Shown piece after piece: positions 1 to 9,624 of a stretch of DNA of 64,000 bases; position 1 is the stretch's first letter, and each line of letters begins with the position of its first letter. The notes beneath the pieces were generated by a model. That model saw only the letters and a program-made list of their open reading frames with translations. It searched no databases and was not told the DNA's origin. Made by a program: the position numbers and the translations under genes. The stretch covers positions 6,577 through 70,576 of the forward strand of contig DASZFO010000380.1 of assembly GCA_035939775.1 (NCBI GenBank), in the 5' to 3' direction. The DNA comes from Pirellulales bacterium. GTDB taxonomy: Bacteria; Planctomycetota; Planctomycetia; Pirellulales; DATAWG01.

Positions 1-126
1 GGCCGACAAAGCCGCCGGCCGACCGAGCGTAGATATCCGACTCCCCGCGCTTGATGAGGGCGCGCTCGGCCAGTTATTCCAAATGCTGATACTGACTACC
101 GCGATCGAGCGACGCTTAGCGGGCGT

Positions 127-474
127 TCAAGAGCGCGCGCCATTATCGGGCCGCGGTTGAACGTCGCGCGGGCGGACTTGGATTTCGTCGCCGACCACGC
201 GCGTCTCGAAGCTGTCGATCTTGATCCGCGGGTTGTCGCACCAGGTGCCGTCGGCCACCTTGAATCGCCAAGCGTGCCACGGACAGGTCACGACTCCTTC
301 ATCGACCTCGCCCGCTCCGAGCGAGGCGCCCATGTGCGGGCACAGATCGTCAATGGCGAAATACTCGCCACCGGAGTTGAAAACCGCCACCAGCCGATCG
401 CCGAGCACGACCGTGATGCCTTGGCCTTCCGGGATCGATCCGGTTTTGGCAACGGTGGTGAATTCAGATGACAA
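127..474 (-). CDS. Rieske [2Fe-2S] domain protein (NirD-like small subunit type)
   Basis: 115 aa. Contains the two Rieske ligand boxes, DDLCPHMGASL and VVTCPWHAWRF. The start codon is TTG. Confidence 0.85.
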   Translation of the reverse strand: MSSEFTTVAKTGSIPEGQGITVVLGDRLVAVFNSGGEYFAIDDLCPHMGASLGAGEVDEGVVTCPWHAWRFKVADGTWCDNPRIKIDSFETRVVGDEIQVRPRDVQPRPDNGARS

Positions 475-504
475 GGTGGCCGGGTGACAGGTGACAAGGT
501 GACC
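469..504. promoter_or_regulatory. Array of GGTGAC(A) heptamers / TGACAAGGTG(G/A)CC direct repeat in a divergent promoter region
   Basis: Sequence read directly: gaTGACAAGGTGGCCgGGTGACAGGTGACAAGGTGACCgac. It lies between the Rieske gene (-) and the radical SAM gene (+). Confidence 0.3.
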
Positions 505-593
505 GACGCGGGCGTCATATTCTATTCAGCGATGGTTGCTAGCGGCCAGGGGGCCGTTATCCTCTGTCCTTTGGCCACCGCATTCGGCATACT

Positions 594-2450
594 ATGGTGA
601 TGTTAAATTCACAACTCAAAGAACGCATCACCAGCCGCACCTTGCCGCGCGTGCAGACGCCGGCTCAGTACGTCGGTGGTGAGTTGAACATGGTCCGCAA
701 GGACCATCGCGCCGTGCGCGGCAAGCTCTGTTTGGCGTTTCCCGATACTTATTCGATCGGGATGAGCCATCACGGGCTGCAAGTGCTCTATACGCTGATG
801 AACAATCGGGCCGATTGGGTCTGCGAGCGGGCGTTCACGCCGTGGGACGATATGGAGCGAGCGCTCCGTGAAGCCGGCCTGCCGCTTTACAGCCTCGAGA
901 CGTTCACGCCCCTTTCGGATTTCGACATCTTCGGTTTCACGCTTCAATACGAAATCTGCACGAGCAACATCCTCACGATGCTCGACCTGGGCGGCATCCC
1001 GCTCCGCGGCGCCGAGCGGACGATGGAGCATCCGCTGGTGATCGCCGGCGGGCCCTGCGCCCAGAACCCCGAGCCGCTCGCCCCGTTCATCGATCTGTTT
1101 GTCACGGGTGACGGCGAGCCGAGCTTGCCGCTCTTATGCGACGAGTGGCTGCGATTGAAAGACGAATGCCGTGCAAGTGGCGGCTTCGCTCGTGGCGAGG
1201 CGGGCGCACGGCAGCGAGAAGAGATGTTGGCCCAAATGGCCGCGCGGCTGCCGTTTGCGTATGTGCCGCGTTTTTACGAGCCGGAATACTATGCCGACGG
1301 CCGGCTAGCGGCGCTGAACCGAACGCGGTCCGACGTGCCCGAGACGATCGAGCCTTCGATCATCGGCGATTTCGACGGGACGCCGCTGCCGGCCGCGCCG
1401 ATCGTGCCGTTTGTCGAATGCGTTCATGACCGGATCGCGATCGAGATTATGCGCGGCTGCCCGTGGCAATGCCGCTTTTGCCAGAGCACGGTGATCAAGC
1501 GGCCGCTGCGGGTGCGTGAGGTCGAGACGATCGTCAAGGCAGCGCTTGAGGCGCATCGCAATACGGGCTTCAACGAGGTTTCGCTCCTTTCACTTTCGAC
1601 GAGCGATTATCCGAATTTCGAGCAGCTCATCCGGCGGATGCAGGAAGTGTTCCGGCCGCTGGGGGTGAGCATTTCGGTGCCGAGCCTCCGCGTGAACGAG
1701 ATCTTGAAGAGCGTTGCCGCCCTGATCGGCACCGATCGACATTCGAGCCTCACGCTGGCCCCCGAAGTCGCCCGCGACGACATGCGGGAGCAAATTCGCA
1801 AGAAAATCAAGAACGAGGACCTTTACGAAGGATGCCGCGAGGCGTTTGCCAACGGGTTCGACAAGGTGAAGCTCTATTTCCTCTGCGGGCTGCCGGGAGA
1901 GCGCGAGGTCGATCTCGACGGCATCGTCGACATGGCCGAGACGATCGCCCAGATCGGCCGCGAAGTCCGTGGACGGTTCCCCAAGGTGACGGCGAGCGTT
2001 TCGAACTTCGTACCCAAGGCCCACACTCCCTATCAATGGAACGGGATGCAGACTCGCGAGTATTTCCATTGGGCCCATCAGCACATGCGGCGGCGGCTGA
2101 AGATTCGCAGCGTGCAGTTGAAATGCCATCCGGTCGAGACGAGCTTGCTCGAAGGCTTGCTCAGCCGCGGCGATCGGCGACTGGCCGACGTGGTCGAGCT
2201 GGCCTGGCGACGCGGGGCGCGGCTCGATAGCTGGGCCGAGCGGCTTGATGCGGATTTGTGGTGGAAAGCGCTGGCCGATGTGGGGCAGGGGAGGGCAGGG
2301 ATGGATTTCGCATCGCTCGTGCATCGCGCGTCGCCGATTGGGGATCGCTTGCCCTGGGACCACATCAATGTGAAGAAAGGGCGGACGTATTTGGAGAAAG
2401 AGCAGCTTCGCGCGGTCGTGCAACTCGAGGCGATGGCCGGGGCGGTGTGA
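594..2450 (+). CDS. Radical SAM protein, B12-binding-domain type (TIGR03960-like)
   Basis: 618 aa. N-terminus has YVGGELNMVRKD. The CxxxCxxC cluster motif is RGCPWQCRFCQS. ATG start at 594. Confidence 0.85.
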   Translation: MVMLNSQLKERITSRTLPRVQTPAQYVGGELNMVRKDHRAVRGKLCLAFPDTYSIGMSHHGLQVLYTLMNNRADWVCERAFTPWDDMERALREAGLPLYSLETFTPLSDFDIFGFTLQYEICTSNILTMLDLGGIPLRGAERTMEHPLVIAGGPCAQNPEPLAPFIDLFVTGDGEPSLPLLCDEWLRLKDECRASGGFARGEAGARQREEMLAQMAARLPFAYVPRFYEPEYYADGRLAALNRTRSDVPETIEPSIIGDFDGTPLPAAPIVPFVECVHDRIAIEIMRGCPWQCRFCQSTVIKRPLRVREVETIVKAALEAHRNTGFNEVSLLSLSTSDYPNFEQLIRRMQEVFRPLGVSISVPSLRVNEILKSVAALIGTDRHSSLTLAPEVARDDMREQIRKKIKNEDLYEGCREAFANGFDKVKLYFLCGLPGEREVDLDGIVDMAETIAQIGREVRGRFPKVTASVSNFVPKAHTPYQWNGMQTREYFHWAHQHMRRRLKIRSVQLKCHPVETSLLEGLLSRGDRRLADVVELAWRRGARLDSWAERLDADLWWKALADVGQGRAGMDFASLVHRASPIGDRLPWDHINVKKGRTYLEKEQLRAVVQLEAMAGAV

Positions 2451-2453
2451 GCA

Positions 2454-3293
2454 ATGCCGGCATTTCGCCTTTTGGCCCTCGACATCGACGGTACGCTGAT
2501 CAATAGCCGCGAGGAACTCACGCCGGCCACGCGGGAAGCGATTCGGCGGGCGCGGCAGGCCGAGATTCAAGTGGTGCTCGCCACTGGCCGGCGCTATAGT
2601 CGATCACTCCAATTCGTCGACCGTCTCGAACTCGATCTGCCGCTGGTGACGGCCAGTGGGGCGCTCGTCAAACGGCCACTCGATCATCAGACGCTCTATC
2701 GCGCCGAGTTTCACCCCGCAGCGCTTCGCGGCACGCTCGCGCATTTAATGCGATCCGGTTACGACGCCGTGCTTTATACCGATAGCTATGCCGAAGGGTT
2801 CGATTTCTACTGTCCGCGACTGGAAGTGGAGCAAGCGGAATTGGCGGAGTTTTATCGACTCAATCCGGAATGTGGCCGTGTCCTGCCCGAACTGATGACC
2901 GCGCCTCCCGCCGCCGTTTTCGCCGGCTTCGCAATGGGAACGAAATCGCAAATGCTTCGCGTGGCCGACGAATTGCAGGCCAAGTGGAACGAAGACCTGA
3001 CGATCCACGTGCTCCGTAGCCCGCGATATACGGGCTTCATGTGCGAGATCGCCCCGGCGGGCGTGAGCAAATGGTCTGGCGTGCTGCACGTGGCCGAGCA
3101 AAGCGGAATCGCCCGCGAGGAAATCTGTGCCGTCGGCGATGACGTGAACGACATTCCGATGATCCTCGGCGCCGGCTTAGGCGTGGCGATGGGCAATGCC
3201 TTGGACGAAGTCAAGGCAGCAGCCGACCGAGTGGCGCCGGGGCACGACAGCGATGGGCTGGTGGCCGTGGTCGATTGGCTGCTGTTAGACTAG
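2454..3293 (+). CDS. Cof-type HAD-IIB family hydrolase
   Basis: 279 aa. Motif I is LALDIDGTLI and motif IV is GDDVNDIPM. The gap to the upstream gene is 3 nt. Confidence 0.85.
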   Translation: MPAFRLLALDIDGTLINSREELTPATREAIRRARQAEIQVVLATGRRYSRSLQFVDRLELDLPLVTASGALVKRPLDHQTLYRAEFHPAALRGTLAHLMRSGYDAVLYTDSYAEGFDFYCPRLEVEQAELAEFYRLNPECGRVLPELMTAPPAAVFAGFAMGTKSQMLRVADELQAKWNEDLTIHVLRSPRYTGFMCEIAPAGVSKWSGVLHVAEQSGIAREEICAVGDDVNDIPMILGAGLGVAMGNALDEVKAAADRVAPGHDSDGLVAVVDWLLLD

Positions 3294-3312
3294 AGACAGG
3301 ATAAGTCTCTCA

Positions 3313-5802
3313 ATGGAAATGCGCAAAGCTCATCAACTCTCAGCAGCGGCGCTGTTACTGGCCGCGATAACCGCCACCGCTCGCGCGGCCGACCCGTCGC
3401 TAGCCGATGCGCAGCGACTATTTCTCAGAGGCGCGTACGCCGAGGCTGGTGAGATGTTCGGCCAATTGGCGGAGAAGGAGCCGGCGGCGGTGGTTGGAGC
3501 CGCTCGCTGCCTATCGTCCGTCGGTAAGACGGACGAGGCGGTGACGCTCCTTGAAGCAGCAGCGAAAAAGCGTAACGCAAACGGCGAGATTCATGCCGAG
3601 TTGGCCCGATTGGCCTTGGAGCGAGGGGATTACAGGGAAGCCGAAGATCGGGCGCTCTTCACGATTTGCGGGTGGCCCAATGAGATGCCTGCCGCCGCCC
3701 AAGCGAAATGGACCCTTGCGGAACTGCGTTGTCGCGAAGGTCGGCTCGATGAGGCTCAGAGAATCTACAAGCGGCTCGTGGATTTCCACAATTCTGCGGA
3801 TGAGATCAAGGACCCAGACGCGCTGCGGTACATTGGCTTGTGCGCCGCTCAATACGCCCGCTGGACTCGGCAGAGCGACCAATTCCATTTTCTTGTCAAC
3901 GAACTGTATCCCGACATTCTCAAGCTCGACAAAGACTATTGGCCGGTCCATTACGAGGCGGGGCTGCTCTATTTGGAGAAGTTCAATCAGGCCGACGCTG
4001 CCGCAGAATTCAAAGCGGCGTTGGCGATCAATCCGCAGGCGGCCGAAGTCCACGCCGCCCTCGCCAGCCTCGCTTTGCAGAATTTCGAACTGTCCGAGGC
4101 GCACGCATCGATCAAGCGAGCGCTGGAAATCAATCCGCGGCTCCTCTGGGCGCGGCAGCTTCAGGCCGATGTGCAACTTGCCAATTTCGAGCCGGCGGAA
4201 GCAGTCGAATCACTCAAGGAAACGCTCAAGCTCAATCCGCTCGACGAGCGAACGCTCGGCCGGCTCGCGGCTGCGTACGCCGGAATGGACGGCGTGCCCG
4301 AGAAAGTCGCCGGCACTCGGCTCGGCCGGCTGATCGACGAAGTTTCCACCCACAATCCGCACGCCGGAGAGTTCTTCACGGCGCTGGCCGACGGGCTGGA
4401 TCGACTCAGCCGCTATCCGGACGCCGCCCGTTTCTATCGCGCGGCGATCGAGCACATGCCGCAGCTTGTCGCTCCGCGCGGGCAATTGGGGCTGGTCACC
4501 ATGAGACTCGGCAATGAGATCGAGGCCGACAAGCTGCTCCGCGAATCGTTCGATATCGACCCGTTCAATGTCCGCGTGAGCAACACGCTCAAGGTACTCG
4601 ACGTGCTTGCCGGCTACGCCACGATCGAGACGGACCATTTCGTCATCAAGTTCGACCGCGCTCAGGACGAATTCCTGGCGCACAATGCGGCGAAATACCT
4701 CGAAGGCGAGGTCTATCCGCAGTTGGTCAAGAAATTCGGTTTTCAGCCCGAGGGGAAGTCGCTGTTCGAGATTTTCAGCCGCGCGAAGAATACTAACGGA
4801 CACGGCTGGTTCAGCGCTCGGATGGTCGGCCTGCCGTACATTGGCACGGTCGGGGCCTGCGCCGGGCGAATGGTGGCCATGCAATCGCCGAACGACGGGC
4901 CGCACAAGTTCAATTGGGCGCGTGTGCTGCGGCATGAATTCGTGCACGTCGTGAACCTCCAGCAAACGAACTTCAACATCCCGCATTGGTTCACGGAGGC
5001 CCTGGCGGTGCAGAACGAGGGCTTTCCGCGGCCGCCGCAGTGGGATAGTCTGCTCGTCGATCGGATGGCGAAAGGAAAGCTCTACAACCTCGAAACAATC
5101 GACTCGGGGTTCATTCGTCCGAAATCGAGCGACGACTGGGCGATGGCCTATTGCCAGGCGGAGTTGTATGCCGACTACATGCTCGACCGCTTCGGGCCCG
5201 ACGCACTGGCCAAGATGCTCGCCGGCTATTCCGACAATGTGAACACGCGCACTGCCATCCGCCGTTCGTTCGGATTCGAGCCGGCCGATTTCGAGAAGGG
5301 ATACGTCGAGTATCTGAAAAAGATTGTCGCGGGCATTGGGCAAAGCCGGCGAGGCGTCCAGTCGCTCAAGGCACTCGCGCGGGAGTATCTGAAGGCGGGC
5401 GAAGATCAGAAGCTATTCAACGTGCTCGTCAAGCTGGTGGAATTGGATCCCGACGATTTGCCGATGCGGAAGAAGCTGGCGCAATTGGCTCTCGCGGAGA
5501 AAAACTACGATTCAGCCGCCTGCTGGGCCAAACAAAGCCTGTTTATCGACGTACAAGATGTGGATTCGCACGAGACGCTTGCCGAGGCGCTGCTCGGTCG
5601 GCAAGAATATGCAGCCGCCGTGGAAGAACTCGAAGCGGCGGTCAAGCTGGAGCCGAAGACCCTCAGCCTGCAACTCTCCCTGGCCGACGCATACGTCCGC
5701 GCCGGTCAAACTGAAAAGGGCAGGGGAGCGCTCAACGCGATCCTGGCAGTGGACGCAAACTTTCCCGGCGCCGCCGAAATGTTGGAGAAACTGAAACCGT
5801 GA
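3313..5802 (+). CDS. Secreted TPR-repeat protein with an embedded HExxH (peptidase MA-like) domain
   Basis: 829 aa. Signal-like N-terminus AALLLAAITATARAADP. Multiple TPR-like helices flank the metalloprotease motif LRHEFVHVVN. Confidence 0.7.
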   Translation: MEMRKAHQLSAAALLLAAITATARAADPSLADAQRLFLRGAYAEAGEMFGQLAEKEPAAVVGAARCLSSVGKTDEAVTLLEAAAKKRNANGEIHAELARLALERGDYREAEDRALFTICGWPNEMPAAAQAKWTLAELRCREGRLDEAQRIYKRLVDFHNSADEIKDPDALRYIGLCAAQYARWTRQSDQFHFLVNELYPDILKLDKDYWPVHYEAGLLYLEKFNQADAAAEFKAALAINPQAAEVHAALASLALQNFELSEAHASIKRALEINPRLLWARQLQADVQLANFEPAEAVESLKETLKLNPLDERTLGRLAAAYAGMDGVPEKVAGTRLGRLIDEVSTHNPHAGEFFTALADGLDRLSRYPDAARFYRAAIEHMPQLVAPRGQLGLVTMRLGNEIEADKLLRESFDIDPFNVRVSNTLKVLDVLAGYATIETDHFVIKFDRAQDEFLAHNAAKYLEGEVYPQLVKKFGFQPEGKSLFEIFSRAKNTNGHGWFSARMVGLPYIGTVGACAGRMVAMQSPNDGPHKFNWARVLRHEFVHVVNLQQTNFNIPHWFTEALAVQNEGFPRPPQWDSLLVDRMAKGKLYNLETIDSGFIRPKSSDDWAMAYCQAELYADYMLDRFGPDALAKMLAGYSDNVNTRTAIRRSFGFEPADFEKGYVEYLKKIVAGIGQSRRGVQSLKALAREYLKAGEDQKLFNVLVKLVELDPDDLPMRKKLAQLALAEKNYDSAACWAKQSLFIDVQDVDSHETLAEALLGRQEYAAAVEELEAAVKLEPKTLSLQLSLADAYVRAGQTEKGRGALNAILAVDANFPGAAEMLEKLKP

Positions 5803-6164
5803 GCGGCGCATCATTCGGCGATTCTGCCCCTGGAAGCGCAGCGCGCGGCGACTCGCCGCATGCCTTCACGCTGTCGAGCTTTCAGCAATTGATCCGCGAC
5901 ATGTACCTGAAAAAGGACCTCGCTCGCGGCGTGGACGGCACCTTCATGTGGCTGATCGAAGAGGTCGGCGAGTTGGCCGGGGCACTGCGCAGCGGCACCC
6001 ACGAAGAGCGGCTCGGCGAATTCGCCGACGTGCTCGCCTGGCTGGCCACGATCGCCAATGTCGTCGGAGTCGATCTGAGCGAAGCCGTCGCTCTAAAGTA
6101 CGGCACGGGCTGCCCCGGCTGTGGCCAATTGGTCTGCACCTGCGCCGATGCGGAGAAGCCATGA
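5799..6164 (+). CDS. MazG-like nucleotide pyrophosphohydrolase domain protein
   Basis: 121 aa. Core segments EEVGELAGALR and EFADVLAWLATIANVVGVDL are MazG-like. C-terminal Cys cluster CPGCGQLVCTC. GTGA overlap with the upstream stop. Confidence 0.75.
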   Translation: MSGASFGDSAPGSAARGDSPHAFTLSSFQQLIRDMYLKKDLARGVDGTFMWLIEEVGELAGALRSGTHEERLGEFADVLAWLATIANVVGVDLSEAVALKYGTGCPGCGQLVCTCADAEKP

Positions 6165-6238
6165 ACTCGCCGGTTGTGGCGTCCGTCGGCCAGTAGTGGG
6201 TGAATCTTGTGTGCAGGCCATACCAACGCGTAAATACA

Positions 6239-6520
6239 TTAAGCGGACTTGCCCGGCCCCCATTCATCGCGCCGCACCCCAAAGCTCTCCTCGGCTGAAG
6301 CGTAAGCCTCGGCGAGTGTCTCGTGCCACGTGTCTGCAACATACACGCGGTCGGACGAATAGTAGACCAGCAGATAATTGCCCGCCCCGTCGTCCGTGAT
6401 GTCGAATCCGAACGGCAGTTGCTTGGCCTCGGCATCAGTTGGGTCTGCACCCCGCCAGCCACTATGGGGCCAGCCGGTGATCCTCGTTGGTCGATCCCGA
6501 ATTGACGCGAATACTTTCAT
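6239..6520 (-). CDS. Hypothetical small protein
   Basis: Open frame; likely start is MKVFASIRD. I recognise no motif. The surrounding region looks lower in GC by eye. Confidence 0.4.
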   Translation of the reverse strand: MKVFASIRDRPTRITGWPHSGWRGADPTDAEAKQLPFGFDITDDGAGNYLLVYYSSDRVYVADTWHETLAEAYASAEESFGVRRDEWGPGKSA

Positions 6521-6797
6521 GGCACTTCGGCTGCGGCGGTTAAGGTGCCCCACGGCGTGACGCCGATCAGCAGTGTCGGCAGGCTGAATCGGAAGCGGCT
6601 GGGAGTCATTTTAGGATCCCATACAACTCCGAGCCGCCTGAACACACAGACACTTAAACCTCACCCCCCTCTATAAGACTGCCCGATGGCCGCTTGAGTT
6701 GCTGCGGTCCGTTTTCGCCGGTAGAATTTGAGGGTACTCGTGGTCAATGCGTCTCCGATCCCGTGCCATCCGATTGCGATTCTGAGAGATTCTAGAA

Positions 6798-7022
6798 ATG
6801 ATAACGATCACTTTTCCCGACCGCGAAACTGAGAAGCGTGCGTTGGCGTTCTTGATCGGCCGCTTTTCCGGCCGCGCGAATCGCGCGGGCGACCATTTCG
6901 TGCCCGAGGCGGCGCTGGAAGCGTTAGCCGACCAGAATATCCCATTTACTGTCAAGGGCAAGACAACCTATGAGCAACAGGTGGCGGCGGTACGAGGTGA
7001 TGCTTCCGCTCCGATTCAATGA
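6798..7022 (+). CDS. Hypothetical small protein (74 aa)
   Basis: ATG at 6798. Protein begins MITITFPDRETEKRALAFLIGRF. Its 3' end overlaps the start of the next small frame. Confidence 0.5.
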   Translation: MITITFPDRETEKRALAFLIGRFSGRANRAGDHFVPEAALEALADQNIPFTVKGKTTYEQQVAAVRGDASAPIQ

Positions 7023-7290
7023 CGGCCGCGAAGTGCCGGGCGAATGGTGGGCCGAGGCGTTCATCGAAGTGGTGGAGCATTTCGGGGCCGGCAGTTATGA
7101 AACACAAGTGGTTGAAGGGCGTTGAAGACAAAGCGGCGTGACGTATCGTGACGATTTGACGCGACTTGTGGTGGACGTCCCAGACACCGCCGTGAACCGA
7201 GCCTGGGTTCGTGAGTTCAAAGAGCGGTGGAAGATCCGGCTCGAACAACTCGAACTTTGGGTAGTGAGTTATCGGATTGAAATCGAATGA
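6970..7290 (+). pseudogene. Small conserved-looking gene interrupted by one in-frame TGA at 7123-7125
   Basis: Hand translation gives MSNRWRRYEVMLPLRFNDGREVPGEWWAEAFIEVVEHFGAGSYETQVVEGR-TGA-RQSGVTYRDDLTRLVVDVPDTAVNRAWVREFKERWKIRLEQLELWVVSYRIEIE. The frame stays open and protein-like after the stop. The terminal TGA overlaps the ATG of the next gene (ATGA at 7287-7290). Confidence 0.6.
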
Positions 7291-9551
7291 GTGCGAGACC
7301 GCGAAATGGAAATATGCGCCTCGCTGCTCCACATCTGATGTTCACGTTGTTGGCGGTGACATCGCAAATATCACTTGCGCGAGCCGCCGAGCCCGCGCCG
7401 GCAACGATTGAATCCATTCGCGTCGGATTCGCTGGGCACTACAAAGTCGGCTTTTGGACGCCGATTGAGGTGATCCTCTCGGCTGGCTCTCAGGGCATTC
7501 ATGGCGATCTCGAGGTCGTCGTTCCCGACGGCGATGGGGCGCCGACGCGAGTCGTCGAGCGCGGAGTTTCGCTGAAGGCGGGTGAAAAAAAGGGGACGCG
7601 ACTCTTTATCAAACCCGGTCGGCCGCACGCGCCGATCGTGGTCGCGCTGCGGGCGACTGAATACGGCGCGGCCATAGCCGAGCGGACGTTTTCGGGTGAT
7701 GAAGTGCCGGCGGCGCTCGGGTCGAAGAGCAAATCAGGCGCGGCCAAGCTGATTCTCGAGCTGGGATCACCACTGCAACTGGGCCCCTCGGTCCGCTTTA
7801 GCGAGGAGGGAGACCCCGAGGACACAGCGGTCGTTTATCTCGATGATCCGAACCAATGGCCCGACCGTTGGTTCGCCTACGACGGCGTCGATCTCATCGT
7901 GATGACGACCGGAAAGGCAGGGGTTTTCCATGGGCTTTCCGCGGCAACGCTCGACGCGCTCGGGCGCTGGCTGCGACTGGGAGGGCGGATGCTGATCTCG
8001 GTGGGCGCCAATGGGTCCGATCTGCTGACCACCGGAAAGCCGCTCGCGCGCTTCGCGCCCGGGAAGTTTATCACGACGATCCAACGACGACCGTTCGCCG
8101 CGCTGGAGAATTTCGCCGGCACGTCGGCGCCGTTGGCGGCCGAGGAAGGCGGCGATCACGCAACGATCGACGTTGCAAAGTTGGAAGCCATTCGTGGCGA
8201 AGTCGAGGCTTCGGACGATATTCCCCTCGTGGTGCGATCGGGAGTTGGCTTTGGCTTGTCGACTTTCGTGGCGGTCGATCTCGATGAGCCGCCAATTAGT
8301 CGCTGGAAGGCGCGGTCCGAGTTCCTTGACGCGCTGCTCGGGCGATCGTCGGGCGGCTCGTCGGCGCCGGCGGCACGAGAACCGAGAGGGCAGGGGATGC
8401 AGTACGGTTATGACGATCTAATCGGGCAGCTTCGTGCCGCACTCGATCAGTTTCCCAATGTGCAACTGGTTCCGTTTTGGCTGGTGGCCTCGCTGGCGGT
8501 CGGATATGTGCTTCTGCTCTTCCCGCTCGATTATCTCCTGGGCGTCAAGCTGTTGGGGCGCCATTCGCCCGGCGGCGCGACGTGGCCTTGGATTCGACTA
8601 GGAATCATTGTCGGATCGGTTTCACTTGGCGCTTGCCTGCTTGGATCGCGCTGGAAAGGGGATCGGCCGCACGGCAGCGAAGCGGACGTGCTCGACGTCG
8701 ATGTCGAAACCGGATTGGCTCGCGGCAACAGTTGGCTCAGCGTCTACAGCCCTTCAAGCCAAACCTATTCCCTCGATCTTCGCCCGAGCTGGCCTGGTCC
8801 GCACGGCGAGCCCGTCGAAACACAATTGAGCTGGCTCGGCTTGCCCGGCAACGGGCTGGGCGGAATGAATTCGCCGCCGACGGAGTTGCCGCTGTTCACT
8901 CAGCCGTATCAACTTTCGCCCAGATCCGGCGCCCTCGGGCCGGTGCCACTGGCCACCTGGTCGAGCAAATGCTTTGCCGCCCGCTGGACCTCGCCAGGCA
9001 ATTGGATCGTCACGGGCGATCTTCACGAGAACGCTGATCGGCAGTTAACTGGCACAATTCGGCTGGCCGAGAGTGCCGCCAATCCATTCGAGCTGACCCA
9101 TTGCGTTCTGTTCTACGACCGGTGGGCTTACGTGTTCGATTCGTTTTCCGCCGCCAAGCCGATTGATGTCGAACGGCTCGATCCGCGCACCGCCGAGACC
9201 TACCTCACCGAACGCCACGTCGTCAACGAAAAGGACCAGACCAATCCCTACGATCGCAATAGCTTGGATCGCGCGCGGATCCTTCAAATCATGATGTTCT
9301 ACAAGATGGCTGGAGGGCGGAAGTACGCGGGGCTTTTGAATCGAAATCAGCACGAATTGGATTTCAGCGACGAACTGGCGCTGGGGCGGGCCGTGCTGGT
9401 GGGGTTCGGTCCGCCGGCGGCAGTGCTAAGCGTCGACGGCCAGCCGCTCCCGCACGATTCCTCCGCCGAGCACCTCGCGATCTACCGCTTCCTATTGCCC
9501 GTACAGAAAGTGATGCCGGCGCAGACTCTGGGCGAGCGATTAAATCCGTAA
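7287..9551 (+). CDS. Large signal-peptide protein with two central TM helices, function unknown
   Basis: 754 aa. N-terminal hydrophobic segment LMFTLLAVTSQISLARA. TM segments LVPFWLVASLAVGYVLLLFPL and WIRLGIIVGSVSLGACLLG. No catalytic motif recognised. Confidence 0.6.
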   Translation: MSARPRNGNMRLAAPHLMFTLLAVTSQISLARAAEPAPATIESIRVGFAGHYKVGFWTPIEVILSAGSQGIHGDLEVVVPDGDGAPTRVVERGVSLKAGEKKGTRLFIKPGRPHAPIVVALRATEYGAAIAERTFSGDEVPAALGSKSKSGAAKLILELGSPLQLGPSVRFSEEGDPEDTAVVYLDDPNQWPDRWFAYDGVDLIVMTTGKAGVFHGLSAATLDALGRWLRLGGRMLISVGANGSDLLTTGKPLARFAPGKFITTIQRRPFAALENFAGTSAPLAAEEGGDHATIDVAKLEAIRGEVEASDDIPLVVRSGVGFGLSTFVAVDLDEPPISRWKARSEFLDALLGRSSGGSSAPAAREPRGQGMQYGYDDLIGQLRAALDQFPNVQLVPFWLVASLAVGYVLLLFPLDYLLGVKLLGRHSPGGATWPWIRLGIIVGSVSLGACLLGSRWKGDRPHGSEADVLDVDVETGLARGNSWLSVYSPSSQTYSLDLRPSWPGPHGEPVETQLSWLGLPGNGLGGMNSPPTELPLFTQPYQLSPRSGALGPVPLATWSSKCFAARWTSPGNWIVTGDLHENADRQLTGTIRLAESAANPFELTHCVLFYDRWAYVFDSFSAAKPIDVERLDPRTAETYLTERHVVNEKDQTNPYDRNSLDRARILQIMMFYKMAGGRKYAGLLNRNQHELDFSDELALGRAVLVGFGPPAAVLSVDGQPLPHDSSAEHLAIYRFLLPVQKVMPAQTLGERLNP

Positions 9552-9624
9552 CTGCCGTCCGCGCTCCGCCGGCGCGTCTCGGCTAAACAGACTTGCTCCG
9601 GCCTCCGACCTCCGGCTTCCCCCG

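Noticed and set aside
1-159. Possible truncated gene at the left edge (+ frame 2 ..ADKAAGRPSVDIRLPALDEGALGQLF.. ending about 159, or minus frame LAERALIKRGESDIYARSAGGFVG running off the edge).
   Set aside because: Too short, with no recognisable motif. The two codon-aligned antisense frames cannot be discriminated by eye, and the minus frame lacks a normal start codon.
1590-2570. 326-aa minus-strand ORF (and 609-1031, 2078-2530) opposite the radical SAM gene.
   Set aside because: Antisense shadow in GC-rich DNA. The + strand product has the CxxxCxxC cluster and family-typical N-terminus.
4210-5343. 377-aa minus-strand ORF, plus the 3551-4333 and 3840-4517 + ORFs, within the TPR/peptidase gene.
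   Set aside because: Overlapping alternative frames of a well-supported 829-aa gene. Their products are Arg-rich and low in complexity.
7123-7125. Selenocysteine (or other recoding) interpretation of the in-frame TGA.
   Set aside because: I see no convincing SECIS-like hairpin immediately downstream. The expected residue at this position appears to be Trp rather than Cys. A pseudogene, an error or simple read-through are more parsimonious. It remains a finding because it is checkable.
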